Positions 10,159 through 20,106 of a stretch of DNA of 64,000 nucleotides are shown one piece after another. The translations under genes were made by a program, and so were the position numbers. Where the stretch lies: contig JALEVB010000018.1 in the NCBI GenBank assembly GCA_022780745.1, positions 2,240 to 66,239 on the forward strand, written 5' to 3'. Position 1 is the first letter of the stretch. The number at the start of each line of letters is the position of its first letter. The notes below the pieces were generated by a model. That model worked only from the letters and a program-made list of their open reading frames with translations, had not been told where the DNA came from and made no database searches. Source of the stretch: Erysipelotrichaceae bacterium. Lineage in GTDB: Bacteria; Bacillota_I; Bacilli_A; Erysipelotrichales; Erysipelotrichaceae.

Positions 10159-11103
10159 CTACCTCATTATTTCTATCAATGCTTTTTCTAATCCAATATT
10201 ACGATCAATAGTACCATTTTTAAACCCCTGATCTAATTTAGCTAATTTAGCCAAAATAGCTAATATTCTCTTTGATTTTATGCCTTGTACATTCTTAAGG
10301 GTAATAGCTATCCGATATGGATGAGCTTTTAACTTATTAGTTATTTCTTTTTCACTATAGCCATATTCCATTAATACTCTTACCTGATACATAAAGCGAA
10401 ACTGATTAGCTAATATCAGATTGATTGCAATTGGTTCATTATTTAAAGCCTTTAAATCATTCCATTTCTTAAAAGCTTTTGAAAAGTTATTAGCAATTAT
10501 TGCATTAGTTAAACTAAAAACATCATCATCTAATGGTCTATCAATTAATTTATCAATGATCTTTTTTGTAATCTTACCATCATATAAAGCTAATTTTGCT
10601 ATTTCATTATGAAACAAAGTTAGATCATTACTAATTATAGATAATAAGTAATTGATGGTTTCATTATCGATATTACTTAAATTCTTTTTAATATATTCTT
10701 TTGCATAATTATTAAACTCTTTACTATCCATCTTATCAAAAGTAATATATCTAGCTAATTTATTAAACACTTTATTGATCTTTTTGCGTTTATCTATTTC
10801 AATATTGCCATAAAACACCAATTCACAATCACTATTACCATTATTGGCATAATCGATCAATTGCTGATATTCATTATCATTTAAATTGGTTTTAGCACTT
10901 AAAAATAAAGGATTCTCAACTAAAACGATCTTTTTATCAGCAAATAGATCTATCGTATTACATTCAGCAATAATGTCATATATCGTAACATTCTTATCCA
11001 TCATATCAAACTTGATAATACTGGCATCCTGATGATCATTTATGATCTCATCAATTTTTGATTTTACCAAGTATCCTTCATTACCACTTATTACATATAT
11101 CAT
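10159..11103 (-). CDS. holA: DNA polymerase III delta subunit
   Basis: 314 aa, N-terminus MIYVISGNEGYLV. It lies directly after comEC, the conserved comE-holA arrangement in Bacillota. Confidence 0.8.
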   Translation of the reverse strand: MIYVISGNEGYLVKSKIDEIINDHQDASIIKFDMMDKNVTIYDIIAECNTIDLFADKKIVLVENPLFLSAKTNLNDNEYQQLIDYANNGNSDCELVFYGNIEIDKRKKINKVFNKLARYITFDKMDSKEFNNYAKEYIKKNLSNIDNETINYLLSIISNDLTLFHNEIAKLALYDGKITKKIIDKLIDRPLDDDVFSLTNAIIANNFSKAFKKWNDLKALNNEPIAINLILANQFRFMYQVRVLMEYGYSEKEITNKLKAHPYRIAITLKNVQGIKSKRILAILAKLAKLDQGFKNGTIDRNIGLEKALIEIMR

Positions 11104-11109
11104 GACTTA

Positions 11110-12936
11110 TTACCTCTTTGGTATTATACCAATTTTTTTATTTGATGTAAGTATGATATCAAAAAATAAATTATTAATTATCATAATATCCCCATCTTCC
11201 TTGGTATTTAGATATGCCAGTTTATTATTATTGAGTCTTTTGATAATAATGGGTGATGGATGATTATAGCTGTTGATCCCACTGGATATGATAGATAATT
11301 TAGGTTTTGTGACATTAAGAAACTCAATCGAACTGCTGGTAATAGAGCCATGATGTCCCAATTTTAAATAATCAATATCTAGATCATCATATTCGCTAAT
11401 GATCTGTTTTTCTACATATACATCTGCATCCCCCATCAAAAGATGATCTTGATCATTAATATTGGTTAGAATAACTAGCGAGCTTTGATTTTTGTCTAAC
11501 GAAATGATGTTATTAAGGTCATAAAAACTATAATGATCGATCAAAGTATTGAAATGATAATCAATTATCCTATCTATGGTAAAATCTTTTTTTAAATCAT
11601 CGATATTACCACAATGATCTTCATCATAATGGGTTATAAACAAGATATCTATCTTATCGATCTGTAATGCATGAAGATAATTTTTTAGATAGATATAGGA
11701 ACTTTTTTTGCCGGTATCAATAAGATATACATGCTGATTAAAAATATCCTTGATAAGTATCGCATCTCCCTGATTAACATTAATATAATTAACACTGGCA
11801 AATGGATGTAATGATTTGCTTAATAATAGAATTAGATATATGCCTATTAATAGTTTTGGTCTATGATATAAAATAATAGTTATTAATATGCTTAATAAGC
11901 CTATAGGATTACCATAAAGCTTAAAACTATTGATCATAACAAAGATTTCATTGAGAAAGATATAAATACCATCTAGATTAAAAAACAAGCTAAAAAAGCT
12001 TAAAACAAAGCATAAACCAAGAATATAAACAAAATAACGATAACAAAATAACATTAGAATATTAATACTATTAAACAAAGCACCCTGAAGAAATAATAGA
12101 TATAAATAATTATAACTTTTATCATATTTAAATATTCTAATCAGACCTAATCCAACTGGTATCAAAAATTTTAAACTATAATTAACCCCTGGATAAAGAA
12201 TAAGACTTGCAATTATCAAAAATGACAAAGATACTTTTTCATCTTTAACTCTTAATTTAATTAAGCGTGAAAACAATAATCTAAAAGTAACATAATTAAA
12301 ATGATAAAATAAAGCAAAAAAGATAATAATAAATAACTCGATCTTTAGATATATCTCATCTTTAATATATGGCTTTAATATCATTCTAACAAGATATATA
12401 AATCCAATAAAGCTAAAACCACTATTAACAAAACCATTAAGGATATTATTATCATCATTGATATTAAAAACAAACTTTTTAATATAACTATTACTATATT
12501 TATATAATAAACTACGTAAAGAAAAATATTGTTTCTTAACAACAATATTTTTAGCATTTATCTGATAATGAATATTCTGTCGATGGTAATTAGAACCACT
12601 ATCAAAACTAAAAAAATGACTATTGCTTGGTATAAGATCATAATCATTACTAAAACTAATTACACTATCATAATTTAAATCTGTATCATGGTATATTATA
12701 ACTTTTTGAAACTGACAAATACCAATAGCATATCCTGGCTTAATATCAATGATATATGCTTCATTAACATCAGGATAATGATGAAAACATGGATGACTTA
12801 CTAATAATAGTATAACTAATAACGGCAATATTTTTTTCTTATTAAATTTTAATAATACAAAGATAACAAAAATACCTACAAAGAATAATTTACTAGCTAA
12901 ATAGCTATATAAAAGAATTAGTATCGTAATGATCAT
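11110..12936 (-). CDS. comEC: DNA internalization competence protein ComEC/Rec2
   Basis: 608 aa polytopic membrane protein. C-terminal metallo-beta-lactamase motifs ITHYDEDHCGN and LGHHGS. ATGA overlap with comEA. Confidence 0.85.
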   Translation of the reverse strand: MIITILILLYSYLASKLFFVGIFVIFVLLKFNKKKILPLLVILLLVSHPCFHHYPDVNEAYIIDIKPGYAIGICQFQKVIIYHDTDLNYDSVISFSNDYDLIPSNSHFFSFDSGSNYHRQNIHYQINAKNIVVKKQYFSLRSLLYKYSNSYIKKFVFNINDDNNILNGFVNSGFSFIGFIYLVRMILKPYIKDEIYLKIELFIIIFFALFYHFNYVTFRLLFSRLIKLRVKDEKVSLSFLIIASLILYPGVNYSLKFLIPVGLGLIRIFKYDKSYNYLYLLFLQGALFNSINILMLFCYRYFVYILGLCFVLSFFSLFFNLDGIYIFLNEIFVMINSFKLYGNPIGLLSILITIILYHRPKLLIGIYLILLLSKSLHPFASVNYINVNQGDAILIKDIFNQHVYLIDTGKKSSYIYLKNYLHALQIDKIDILFITHYDEDHCGNIDDLKKDFTIDRIIDYHFNTLIDHYSFYDLNNIISLDKNQSSLVILTNINDQDHLLMGDADVYVEKQIISEYDDLDIDYLKLGHHGSITSSSIEFLNVTKPKLSIISSGINSYNHPSPIIIKRLNNNKLAYLNTKEDGDIMIINNLFFDIILTSNKKIGIIPKR

Positions 12937-13400
12937 AAGCTAATATGATCTTTGATCTTATCAAACTTAGCCTGTTTGATACCAGGTATCAGCATTAGAT
13001 CTTCTATATTATTAAAAAAACCATGTTCATTGCGGTATTCAACAATTTTTAAAGCTGTTTTTTCACCAATACCATCCAGAGTTGATAATTGTTCTACTGT
13101 TGCACTATTGATCGATATCTTTACGATCTCACTTTTAGCAGGTACATATATTACATCGTTATCCTGTAAAATCATATTTAGATTAATACTGGATAAATCA
13201 CTATCTTCTAAAACAATAGCTTCATTTAAAACATCATTAACAACACTATATTTATTTAATTCAAATATGCCTGGATTTGCTACATTGCCTTTAACTTCAA
13301 CTTTTAGGGTTGCTTTTTCATATTGCTTTAAATCAATTATTTGTTTATCAATTATAAAAAAACTGCATAAAGTTACCAATATAATAAAAACTTTTAACAT
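12933..13400 (-). CDS. comEA: competence DNA receptor ComEA
   Basis: N-terminal TM helix, SLBB-like middle and C-terminal helix-hairpin-helix INSATVEQLSTLDGIGEKTALKIVEYR. Confidence 0.85.
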   Translation of the reverse strand: MLKVFIILVTLCSFFIIDKQIIDLKQYEKATLKVEVKGNVANPGIFELNKYSVVNDVLNEAIVLEDSDLSSINLNMILQDNDVIYVPAKSEIVKISINSATVEQLSTLDGIGEKTALKIVEYRNEHGFFNNIEDLMLIPGIKQAKFDKIKDHISL

Positions 13401-13454
13401 ATCTGACCCTTCTTTCTATAAGTCATATATGTTAAAAGTTTAAAAATTCCTATC

Positions 13455-13922
13455 TTATTTTACAGCAACAATTTTTACATCATATGGTTTATCAACATTG
13501 ACAGTAACTGTTTGACCAACTTTATGATCAATAATGGCTTCAGCTAATGGAGTTTCATTAGAAAGCTTACCATTTAGTGGATCAGCCTCAGTAGTACCAA
13601 CGATACTATATTCAAATTCTTTATTGATGTCCATAAATAATAAAGTAACAGTAGAACCAATTCTAACTACTTTACTTTTGGTTTTAGAAGTATCGATCAA
13701 TTCATAATTTGCAAGCATTACTTCCAAATCAGCAATTCTTGCTTCAACTTTAGCCTGACGATCTCTAGCAGCATCATAATCAGCATTTTCTGATAAGTCA
13801 CCTTGAGCTCTTGCAGCTTTTAATTCTTCTTTTACTTCATTACGTACAACATGTACTAAATTATTATATTCTTCCTGTAAGTCCTTTAAACCTTCCTCGG
13901 TTACATAAATTTTTTCTTCCAT
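13455..13922 (-). CDS. greA: transcription elongation factor GreA
   Basis: 155 aa with the GDLSENADYDAARD signature and a coiled-coil N-terminus. Confidence 0.95.
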   Translation of the reverse strand: MEEKIYVTEEGLKDLQEEYNNLVHVVRNEVKEELKAARAQGDLSENADYDAARDRQAKVEARIADLEVMLANYELIDTSKTKSKVVRIGSTVTLLFMDINKEFEYSIVGTTEADPLNGKLSNETPLAEAIIDHKVGQTVTVNVDKPYDVKIVAVK

Positions 13923-13954
13923 GTAATTCTCTCCTTACTTTTTAACATGTTAGA

Positions 13955-14584
13955 TTATATCACATGATAATTAATTATACTACCAATTTTCGTGCATAAC
14001 AAATCAATAGCGACCGTATTAGATTTACCTTCTGGAACGATAAGATCAGCATATTTTTTACTAGGTTCTACAAAGGTTTCATGCATGATCTTAACCGTTT
14101 TAGTATACTGTTCAATAACCGAATGAATAGTTCTGCCTCTTTCTTCAACATCTCTTGTAAGTCTTCGAATAAAGCGGATATCAGCATCTGTATCAACATA
14201 TACTTTAATATCTAACATCTTACGAATATTTTCATCTTCCAAGACAAATAAGCCTTCTAAAATAATTACATCACAAGGTTCAATTACTTCTGTGATACTA
14301 CTTCTTGTATGATTAACAAAATCATATACTGGCTTATTGATACTGTTTCGATTTAATAACATATTTAATTGTTCAATTAGAAAATCATTATCAAATGCTA
14401 ATGGATGATCATAATTAGTCTTAACTCTTTCTTCCATTGTTTTAGAAGACTGATCTTTATAATAATCATCCTGACGTATAATAACTACCGAATTAGTATC
14501 TTTATAAGTATCCTGAATGATCTTAGCAATCGAAGTTTTGCCAGAAGCACTACCTCCTGCAATTCCAATAATAATAGGTTTCAT
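13955..14584 (-). CDS. udk: uridine kinase
   Basis: P-loop [19 protein letters not shown] and NYDHPLAFD blocks. Confidence 0.95.
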   Translation of the reverse strand: MKPIIIGIAGGSASGKTSIAKIIQDTYKDTNSVVIIRQDDYYKDQSSKTMEERVKTNYDHPLAFDNDFLIEQLNMLLNRNSINKPVYDFVNHTRSSITEVIEPCDVIILEGLFVLEDENIRKMLDIKVYVDTDADIRFIRRLTRDVEERGRTIHSVIEQYTKTVKIMHETFVEPSKKYADLIVPEGKSNTVAIDLLCTKIGSIINYHVI

Positions 14585-14596
14585 AAGCTTATCCTC

Positions 14597-15685
14597 CTAT
14601 TTGAGATATTTATTAACATTAGCATTATGTTCATCTAAAGTCTTAGCATAGTAAACTGTACCATCTCCATAAACATCTGCCATAAAATAATAATATTCAT
14701 TATATTCAGGATTTAATACAGCATCAATGGCACTTTCTCCTGGATTTAGAATAGGTCCTGGAGGCAAACCATTATATTTATAAGTATTATATAAAGAATC
14801 ATAGTTAGGATTAACTTCACATTTGATCCAATCATCATCTTTTTCTATATCTAATGCATAACAAACAGTAACACTGCTTTGTAAAGGCATATTGATTGCT
14901 AAACGATTGTAAAATACTTGAGCAATCATTTTCATATCATCAACCTTACTTGCTTCATATTGTACAATTGAAGCCAAAGTATAGATCTCATGAATACTTA
15001 ATTCACTATTTTTCATCTGCTCTTTGTACTTATTATATACTTTCAAAGTCTGATTTAAAATAGTTTTAGTAACATCATAAGCATTGGTTTCTTTATAAAA
15101 CTCATAGGTATTTGGACTTAAATAACCCTCAAGCAGACATCTAGTCTCACCATTAAAGATCTCATCAGTAATAAAAGGATAATCCTGCTGTAAAGATCTC
15201 ACATAAGCTTCATCATTCCATAGAGCAATTAATTCATCATAGCTAACATTAGTGTTTTCACTAATTTTAGTTGCTATATGTTTAGCCCAGTCACCCTCAA
15301 TAAAAGTAATACTAACAGTATTAGTTAAAGCTGTTGTCGAAGAGTTCAAATAAGTAAGTATCTTATCTGTATCCCAGCTGTTATCTAAAATATAAGTACC
15401 CATTTTAATGTTGGTTAGATTATTTAATTTAGCATAAATAAGAGTGACCATTTTATTCTTTATAATATTCTCTTTTTCCAATCTATCAACGATATTATTT
15501 ACTGTATCACCTTGTTCAATAGTAAATACTATCTCATTACTATTGCTGGAAACAGCTTTTAAATTATTTTGATAATACATAAATGATATACCAAAAATAA
15601 TCACCAATAAAAACGCAACAAGAACTAATAAATTACCAATTTTCAGCTTTCTTTTTTTAATTTTCTTCTTCATCTTCAAAAGCAC
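14597..15685 (-). CDS. mltG: endolytic murein transglycosylase MltG (YceG-like); exact start uncertain
   Basis: Basic N-terminus plus one TM helix, and the conserved C-terminal block YNTYKYNGLPPGPILNPG. Follows DUF1292 as yrrL does in B. subtilis. Confidence 0.85.
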   Translation of the reverse strand: MLLKMKKKIKKRKLKIGNLLVLVAFLLVIIFGISFMYYQNNLKAVSSNSNEIVFTIEQGDTVNNIVDRLEKENIIKNKMVTLIYAKLNNLTNIKMGTYILDNSWDTDKILTYLNSSTTALTNTVSITFIEGDWAKHIATKISENTNVSYDELIALWNDEAYVRSLQQDYPFITDEIFNGETRCLLEGYLSPNTYEFYKETNAYDVTKTILNQTLKVYNKYKEQMKNSELSIHEIYTLASIVQYEASKVDDMKMIAQVFYNRLAINMPLQSSVTVCYALDIEKDDDWIKCEVNPNYDSLYNTYKYNGLPPGPILNPGESAIDAVLNPEYNEYYYFMADVYGDGTVYYAKTLDEHNANVNKYLK

Positions 15686-15902
15686 CTAATACTTCTTGAC
15701 ACATTGCAAATTCTTCTTCAGTAAGATCAGTATCTAGTTGACCATCTTCATTATATTTACCTGCATATACATTTTCATCTTCATCTTTAGGATTAAAGAA
15801 AATAACATAACTATTGTGATTATCATCATCAAAAGTAAACATTATCTCCATTTCTATTTCATTACCTTGTTCATCATAAACGATCATTTTATTATCTTCC
15901 AT
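15657..15902 (-). CDS. DUF1292 small acidic protein (YrzB-like)
   Basis: 81 aa acidic protein, IVYDEQGNEIEMEIMFTFDD...YVIFFNP. Conserved position between ruvX and mltG. Confidence 0.7.
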   Translation of the reverse strand: MEDNKMIVYDEQGNEIEMEIMFTFDDDNHNSYVIFFNPKDEDENVYAGKYNEDGQLDTDLTEEEFAMCQEVLGAFEDEEEN

Positions 15903-15935
15903 TGTATCCTCCTAAATAAAGGGCGAATAAACGCC

Positions 15936-16352
15936 CTAACATCCTCTATCTAAATATCCTTGTAAAATCTGTACCGCTGCCATCTGATCGATGACTTTCT
16001 TACGTTTTTTTCTAGAAACATCTGCAGATAATAATACTTTATTAGCTGCTACTGTGGTTAATCTTTCATCAACCATAACTACTTTTATATTTAAAGCATC
16101 TTCCAGTTTATCTTTAAATTCCAATGCAATCTGAGCTCTAATACCAATATCATTATTCATATGTTTAGGTAAACCCAAAACAATGGTATCTACATCTAAT
16201 TCTTTACATAGCTGTTTGATCCTATCAACTGCGATATCATTTTCCTCAGCAGGAAAGCGGATAGTTTCAACGCTTCTGGCAACAATTTTTAATGGATCAC
16301 TAACGGCAACACCACAAGTTACACTACCTAAATCTAAGCCTAATACTCGCAT
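15936..16352 (-). CDS. ruvX: Holliday junction resolvase-like / pre-16S rRNA nuclease RuvX (YqgF)
   Basis: MRVLGLDLGSVTCGVAVSD N-terminus and the VDERLTT block. Confidence 0.9.
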   Translation of the reverse strand: MRVLGLDLGSVTCGVAVSDPLKIVARSVETIRFPAEENDIAVDRIKQLCKELDVDTIVLGLPKHMNNDIGIRAQIALEFKDKLEDALNIKVVMVDERLTTVAANKVLLSADVSRKKRKKVIDQMAAVQILQGYLDRGC

Positions 16353-16609
16353 TATTTATTTCCTTCTAAATAGAAGCGTACCAATTCCTCAATTAATTCA
16401 TGTCTTTCAACTGATTGAATAATGCTACGAGCATTCTTATGACTAGAGATATATGCTGGATCATTGCTGATCAAATAGCCAGCTAACTGGTTAATCGCGT
16501 TATATCCTCTTTCTTCTAATGCTTCCTGTGTTAATTTTAATACCTGACGAATATTTTCTCTTCTGATTTCATCAGAACTGAAGCTCATAGTTTCTGTATT
16601 CTTATTCAT
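16352..16609 (-). CDS. ireB: IreB/UPF0297 family protein (YrzL-like)
   Basis: ALEERGYNAINQLAGYLISNDPAYISSHKNARSII..ERHELIEELVRFYL closely parallels B. subtilis YrzL as I recall it. Confidence 0.75.
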   Translation of the reverse strand: MNKNTETMSFSSDEIRRENIRQVLKLTQEALEERGYNAINQLAGYLISNDPAYISSHKNARSIIQSVERHELIEELVRFYLEGNK

Positions 16610-16672
16610 AGTATCACTTCCTTTTTTATTATTATACTTTCAAATGTAATAGTTTTCAAGATTGAGATATTA

Positions 16673-17203
16673 TTAGTCATCTTCAGTATAAACATCTATA
16701 AGTTTAATATCATATTCATCATGATCGATATGTTCGACAATTTGTTTAGAATATGCGATACCTATCGCAATATGCTGATAATTTTGAAGATATTTATCAT
16801 AATATCCTTTACCATAGCCAATACGATAGTTATTATGATCAAATACAATTCCTGGTACTATGACAAGATCTAAATCATTCACATCTATTTTCTGACAATA
16901 ATCTTTAGGTTCTAAAATATGAAAGCTGCCTTCTTTAAGATCATTAATACTATTAATAAGATAAAAGTCCATAGTATCTCCATTAACTCTTGGCAGCGCT
17001 AAAACTTTATCTTTTAGGCATATATTAATAAGTAGTGAAGTATCAACTTCACTACTTATATTAACATATAGACCAATGATGTTACTTTGCTTAAAATATT
17101 TGCTACTAATAACTTTCTGATTAATAACCAAACTTTTTTCAGCTTTATTATTTATATTATTTCTAATATCTTTATAAAGCTTTCGTAATTGATCTTTATT
17201 CAT
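16673..17203 (-). CDS. 5-formyltetrahydrofolate cyclo-ligase
   Basis: 176 aa; ILEP......DLVIVPGIVFD..NYRIGYGKGYYDKYL is the family signature. Confidence 0.8.
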   Translation of the reverse strand: MNKDQLRKLYKDIRNNINNKAEKSLVINQKVISSKYFKQSNIIGLYVNISSEVDTSLLINICLKDKVLALPRVNGDTMDFYLINSINDLKEGSFHILEPKDYCQKIDVNDLDLVIVPGIVFDHNNYRIGYGKGYYDKYLQNYQHIAIGIAYSKQIVEHIDHDEYDIKLIDVYTEDD

Positions 17204-19821
17204 TATTTTATTAAGTTTCTAATATCAGCTAATACTTCATCAACTTTAGTAATATCTTTACCACCAGATTGAGCTAGATCTGGTTTTCCTCCACCATTAC
17301 CATTTGATTTAACAGCAGCCATCTTAACGATATCACCAGCTTTATAACCAGCTTGAATAGCAGCTTTACTTAATGCACAAACATAAACTACTTTATCATT
17401 ATTAACATTGGCAATAAAGACAAAAGCATTTTCACATTTATTTCTTAATGCTTCAGCATAAGCTTTAACATTTTCAACATTTTCCATCTTTAAGATAATT
17501 GTATTTAAACCATTGATGTTAACAGCTTTACTAACAACTTCATCAGCTTCTAGCATCATCATCTTTTCTTTTTGTTTTGCAGCTTCTTTTTTCAATTGAT
17601 TATTTTCTTCAATTAATTGTGCGATTTTTTCTTCAAGATTTAAAGTAGATTTCTGCTTTAACATCTTCGCAACATTATTCAATCTAATCTCATTTTCTTT
17701 TAGATCCTGATATGAGCACATCTTAGTTTCACAAGTAATACGTCTTGTGCCACTACCGATACTTTCTTCAGAAACAATTTTAAATGATCCAAGCTGTGAA
17801 GTGTTAGTTACATGTGTACCACCGCAGAATTCAGTACTAGCTTTACCCATTTCAACAACTCTAACACTATCACCATATTTTTCATCAAATAATGCAATAG
17901 CGTTTTTCTTCATTGCTTCTTCGATTGGCAATACTTCTGTAACTACTTCAATTTCTTGATTTATGAATTCATTAACGATCTTTTCAACTTTATTTAGATC
18001 TTCTTCATTTACTTTTTCAAAATGTGTAAAGTCAAATCTTGCATATTCATCACATACATAAGAACCTGCCTGTGCAATATGATCACCTAATACTGTTATC
18101 AAAGCACTTTGTAATAAATGTAATGAAGAGTGATTAGCTTTGATCTTTAAACGTTTTTCTTCATCGATCTTACCATTTATCACATCATTAAGTTTTAATG
18201 TTCCTTCAATATGATCGATATGATGTAAATGCTGTTTATGTGGAGCCTTCTTAACATCAGTTACATCAGCTTTAAAGTTATCATTATAAATAATACCAGT
18301 ATCAGCAACCTGACCACCACTTTCAGCATAGAAACATGTATTATCAAGGATGATATCACCATTATCTTCTAATACATCTACTTTATGACCATCTTTGAAT
18401 AAGCCAATTACTTTAGCTGTACACTTTAGATCAGTATATCCAGTAAAGATACTTTCAGTTTCAAAGTCCATTAGATCTTTAGATTGACTAGCCATAGATT
18501 GAGAATCATCACGAGCATTTCTAGCACGTTCTTTTTGAAGATTCATCTGAGTTTCAAAACCAGCCATATCAACATGATATCCTGCATCTTGAGCTATTTC
18601 TTGGGTCAATTCTTTAGGGAAACCATATGTATCATATAATTTAAATACACTTTCACCATCGATTACTTTAGTATCAACATTTTTATCCATTACATCTTTT
18701 AATAGTTTTTCACCATTAGTTAATGTTGCATGGAAAGTCTCCTCTTCAGTTTTAACTAGTTTTTCAATCAAACTAACTTTATTTTGTAAATATGGATAGA
18801 AATCAATCATATTATCTGCAACAACTTTTACTAGCTTATACATAAAAGCACCAGAAATACCTAATTTAATACCATATCTAACAGCTCTTCTTAATACTCT
18901 TCTTAATACATAACCTCTACCTTCATTAGAGAAGTTAGCACCATCTGCCAAAGCGAAAGTAACAGTTCTGATGTGATCGGCAATAACACGATATGCCATC
19001 TTATATTCACCTTCGTATGGATATTTAGCCATAGCAGCCGTAGCATTAATGATAGGCAAGAATAAATCAGTATCAAAGTTGGTTTCACCATCCTGGATCA
19101 GAGCAACTAGTCTTTCTAGACCCATACCAGTATCAATATTTTTCTGAGGTAATTCTTTAAAATCTTTACGATCTACCCCTTCTTTAGCATCATATTGTGA
19201 AAATACAATATTCCATACTTCGATATATCGATCATTTTCCATTTCATCAAAGAATAGTTTTTCACCTAATCCTTCTGGATCATATTTAGGACCACGGTCA
19301 TAGAATATTTCAGAATCCGGACCACTTGGACCTTCACCTATCTGCCAGAAGTTATCATATGTTTTTAAAATATGACTTGGATCGATCTTATTGACTTCTG
19401 TCCAGATACGATATGCTTCTGTATCATCTGGATAAATCGTTACATACATGCGATCTTTATCAAAACCTATCCATTCAGGACTTGTTAAGAATTCCCAGGC
19501 AAATTTTAAAGCATCTTCTTTAAAATAATCACCAATTGAGAAATTACCTAACATTTCAAAGAAAGTATGATGTCTGGCTGTCTTGCCAACATTTTCAATA
19601 TCATTAGTTCTAATACTTTTTTGAGCATTAGTAATACGATTACATGCTGGTTTTTCACGACCATCAAAATATTTCTTTAATGCTGCAACACCAGCATTGA
19701 TCCATAATAATGTTGGATCATCATGAGGAACTAAACTAGCTCCTGGTTCAACCATATGGCCATGTTGCTTAAAATATTCCAAAAACATAGCTCTTACCTG
19801 ATTACCTGTTAATTGTTTCAT
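17203..19821 (-). CDS. alaS: alanine--tRNA ligase
   Basis: 872 aa. HHTFFEMLGNFSIGDYFK, the editing-domain HSSLHLL / CGGTHV zinc motifs and a C-terminal DHHA1-like GGGKPD. Confidence 0.97.
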   Translation of the reverse strand: MKQLTGNQVRAMFLEYFKQHGHMVEPGASLVPHDDPTLLWINAGVAALKKYFDGREKPACNRITNAQKSIRTNDIENVGKTARHHTFFEMLGNFSIGDYFKEDALKFAWEFLTSPEWIGFDKDRMYVTIYPDDTEAYRIWTEVNKIDPSHILKTYDNFWQIGEGPSGPDSEIFYDRGPKYDPEGLGEKLFFDEMENDRYIEVWNIVFSQYDAKEGVDRKDFKELPQKNIDTGMGLERLVALIQDGETNFDTDLFLPIINATAAMAKYPYEGEYKMAYRVIADHIRTVTFALADGANFSNEGRGYVLRRVLRRAVRYGIKLGISGAFMYKLVKVVADNMIDFYPYLQNKVSLIEKLVKTEEETFHATLTNGEKLLKDVMDKNVDTKVIDGESVFKLYDTYGFPKELTQEIAQDAGYHVDMAGFETQMNLQKERARNARDDSQSMASQSKDLMDFETESIFTGYTDLKCTAKVIGLFKDGHKVDVLEDNGDIILDNTCFYAESGGQVADTGIIYNDNFKADVTDVKKAPHKQHLHHIDHIEGTLKLNDVINGKIDEEKRLKIKANHSSLHLLQSALITVLGDHIAQAGSYVCDEYARFDFTHFEKVNEEDLNKVEKIVNEFINQEIEVVTEVLPIEEAMKKNAIALFDEKYGDSVRVVEMGKASTEFCGGTHVTNTSQLGSFKIVSEESIGSGTRRITCETKMCSYQDLKENEIRLNNVAKMLKQKSTLNLEEKIAQLIEENNQLKKEAAKQKEKMMMLEADEVVSKAVNINGLNTIILKMENVENVKAYAEALRNKCENAFVFIANVNNDKVVYVCALSKAAIQAGYKAGDIVKMAAVKSNGNGGGKPDLAQSGGKDITKVDEVLADIRNLIK

Positions 19822-19840
19822 TTTCTCCTCCTAAATAATT

Positions 19841-20099
19841 AAAAAGCGATGATTTTTGTTCACTAGGAACGAAATCATCGCGGTACCATCCTATTTCATA
19901 TCTATTATCAAGATATGCTCTTAATTACTTCGTAACGTGAAGTTAAACGTCGTTTTTTAAACGCTCTATAAAGTAGCTTCATATTCATGATATCAAAGAT
20001 TTTCATCAGCCATCTTCTTTCTAAAAGACTATCATCAATACTACTTATCTTTATTTCGATTTGACTAATTTATAATAACACAATTAAATAAATTCGCAA
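19841..20099 (-). promoter_or_regulatory. promoter plus T-box riboswitch (Ala specifier) controlling alaS
   Basis: All on the minus strand. Promoter: -35 TTGCGA (20099-20094), extended -10 TGtTATTAT. Specifier context GAA-GCU-A, with the GCU codon at plus-strand 19975-19977. T-box core GGATGGTACCGCG. Terminator stem gcgatgattt / aaatcatcgc (19846-19855 with 19872-19881) followed by TTTTT. Confidence 0.85.
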
Positions 20100-20106
20100 G
20101 TATTAA

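Noticed and set aside
12952-13443. 163-aa plus-strand ORF antisense to comEA
   Set aside because: It lies entirely within comEA, which has clear HhH motifs and operon context. It has no RBS or recognisable motif, so it is a shadow ORF.
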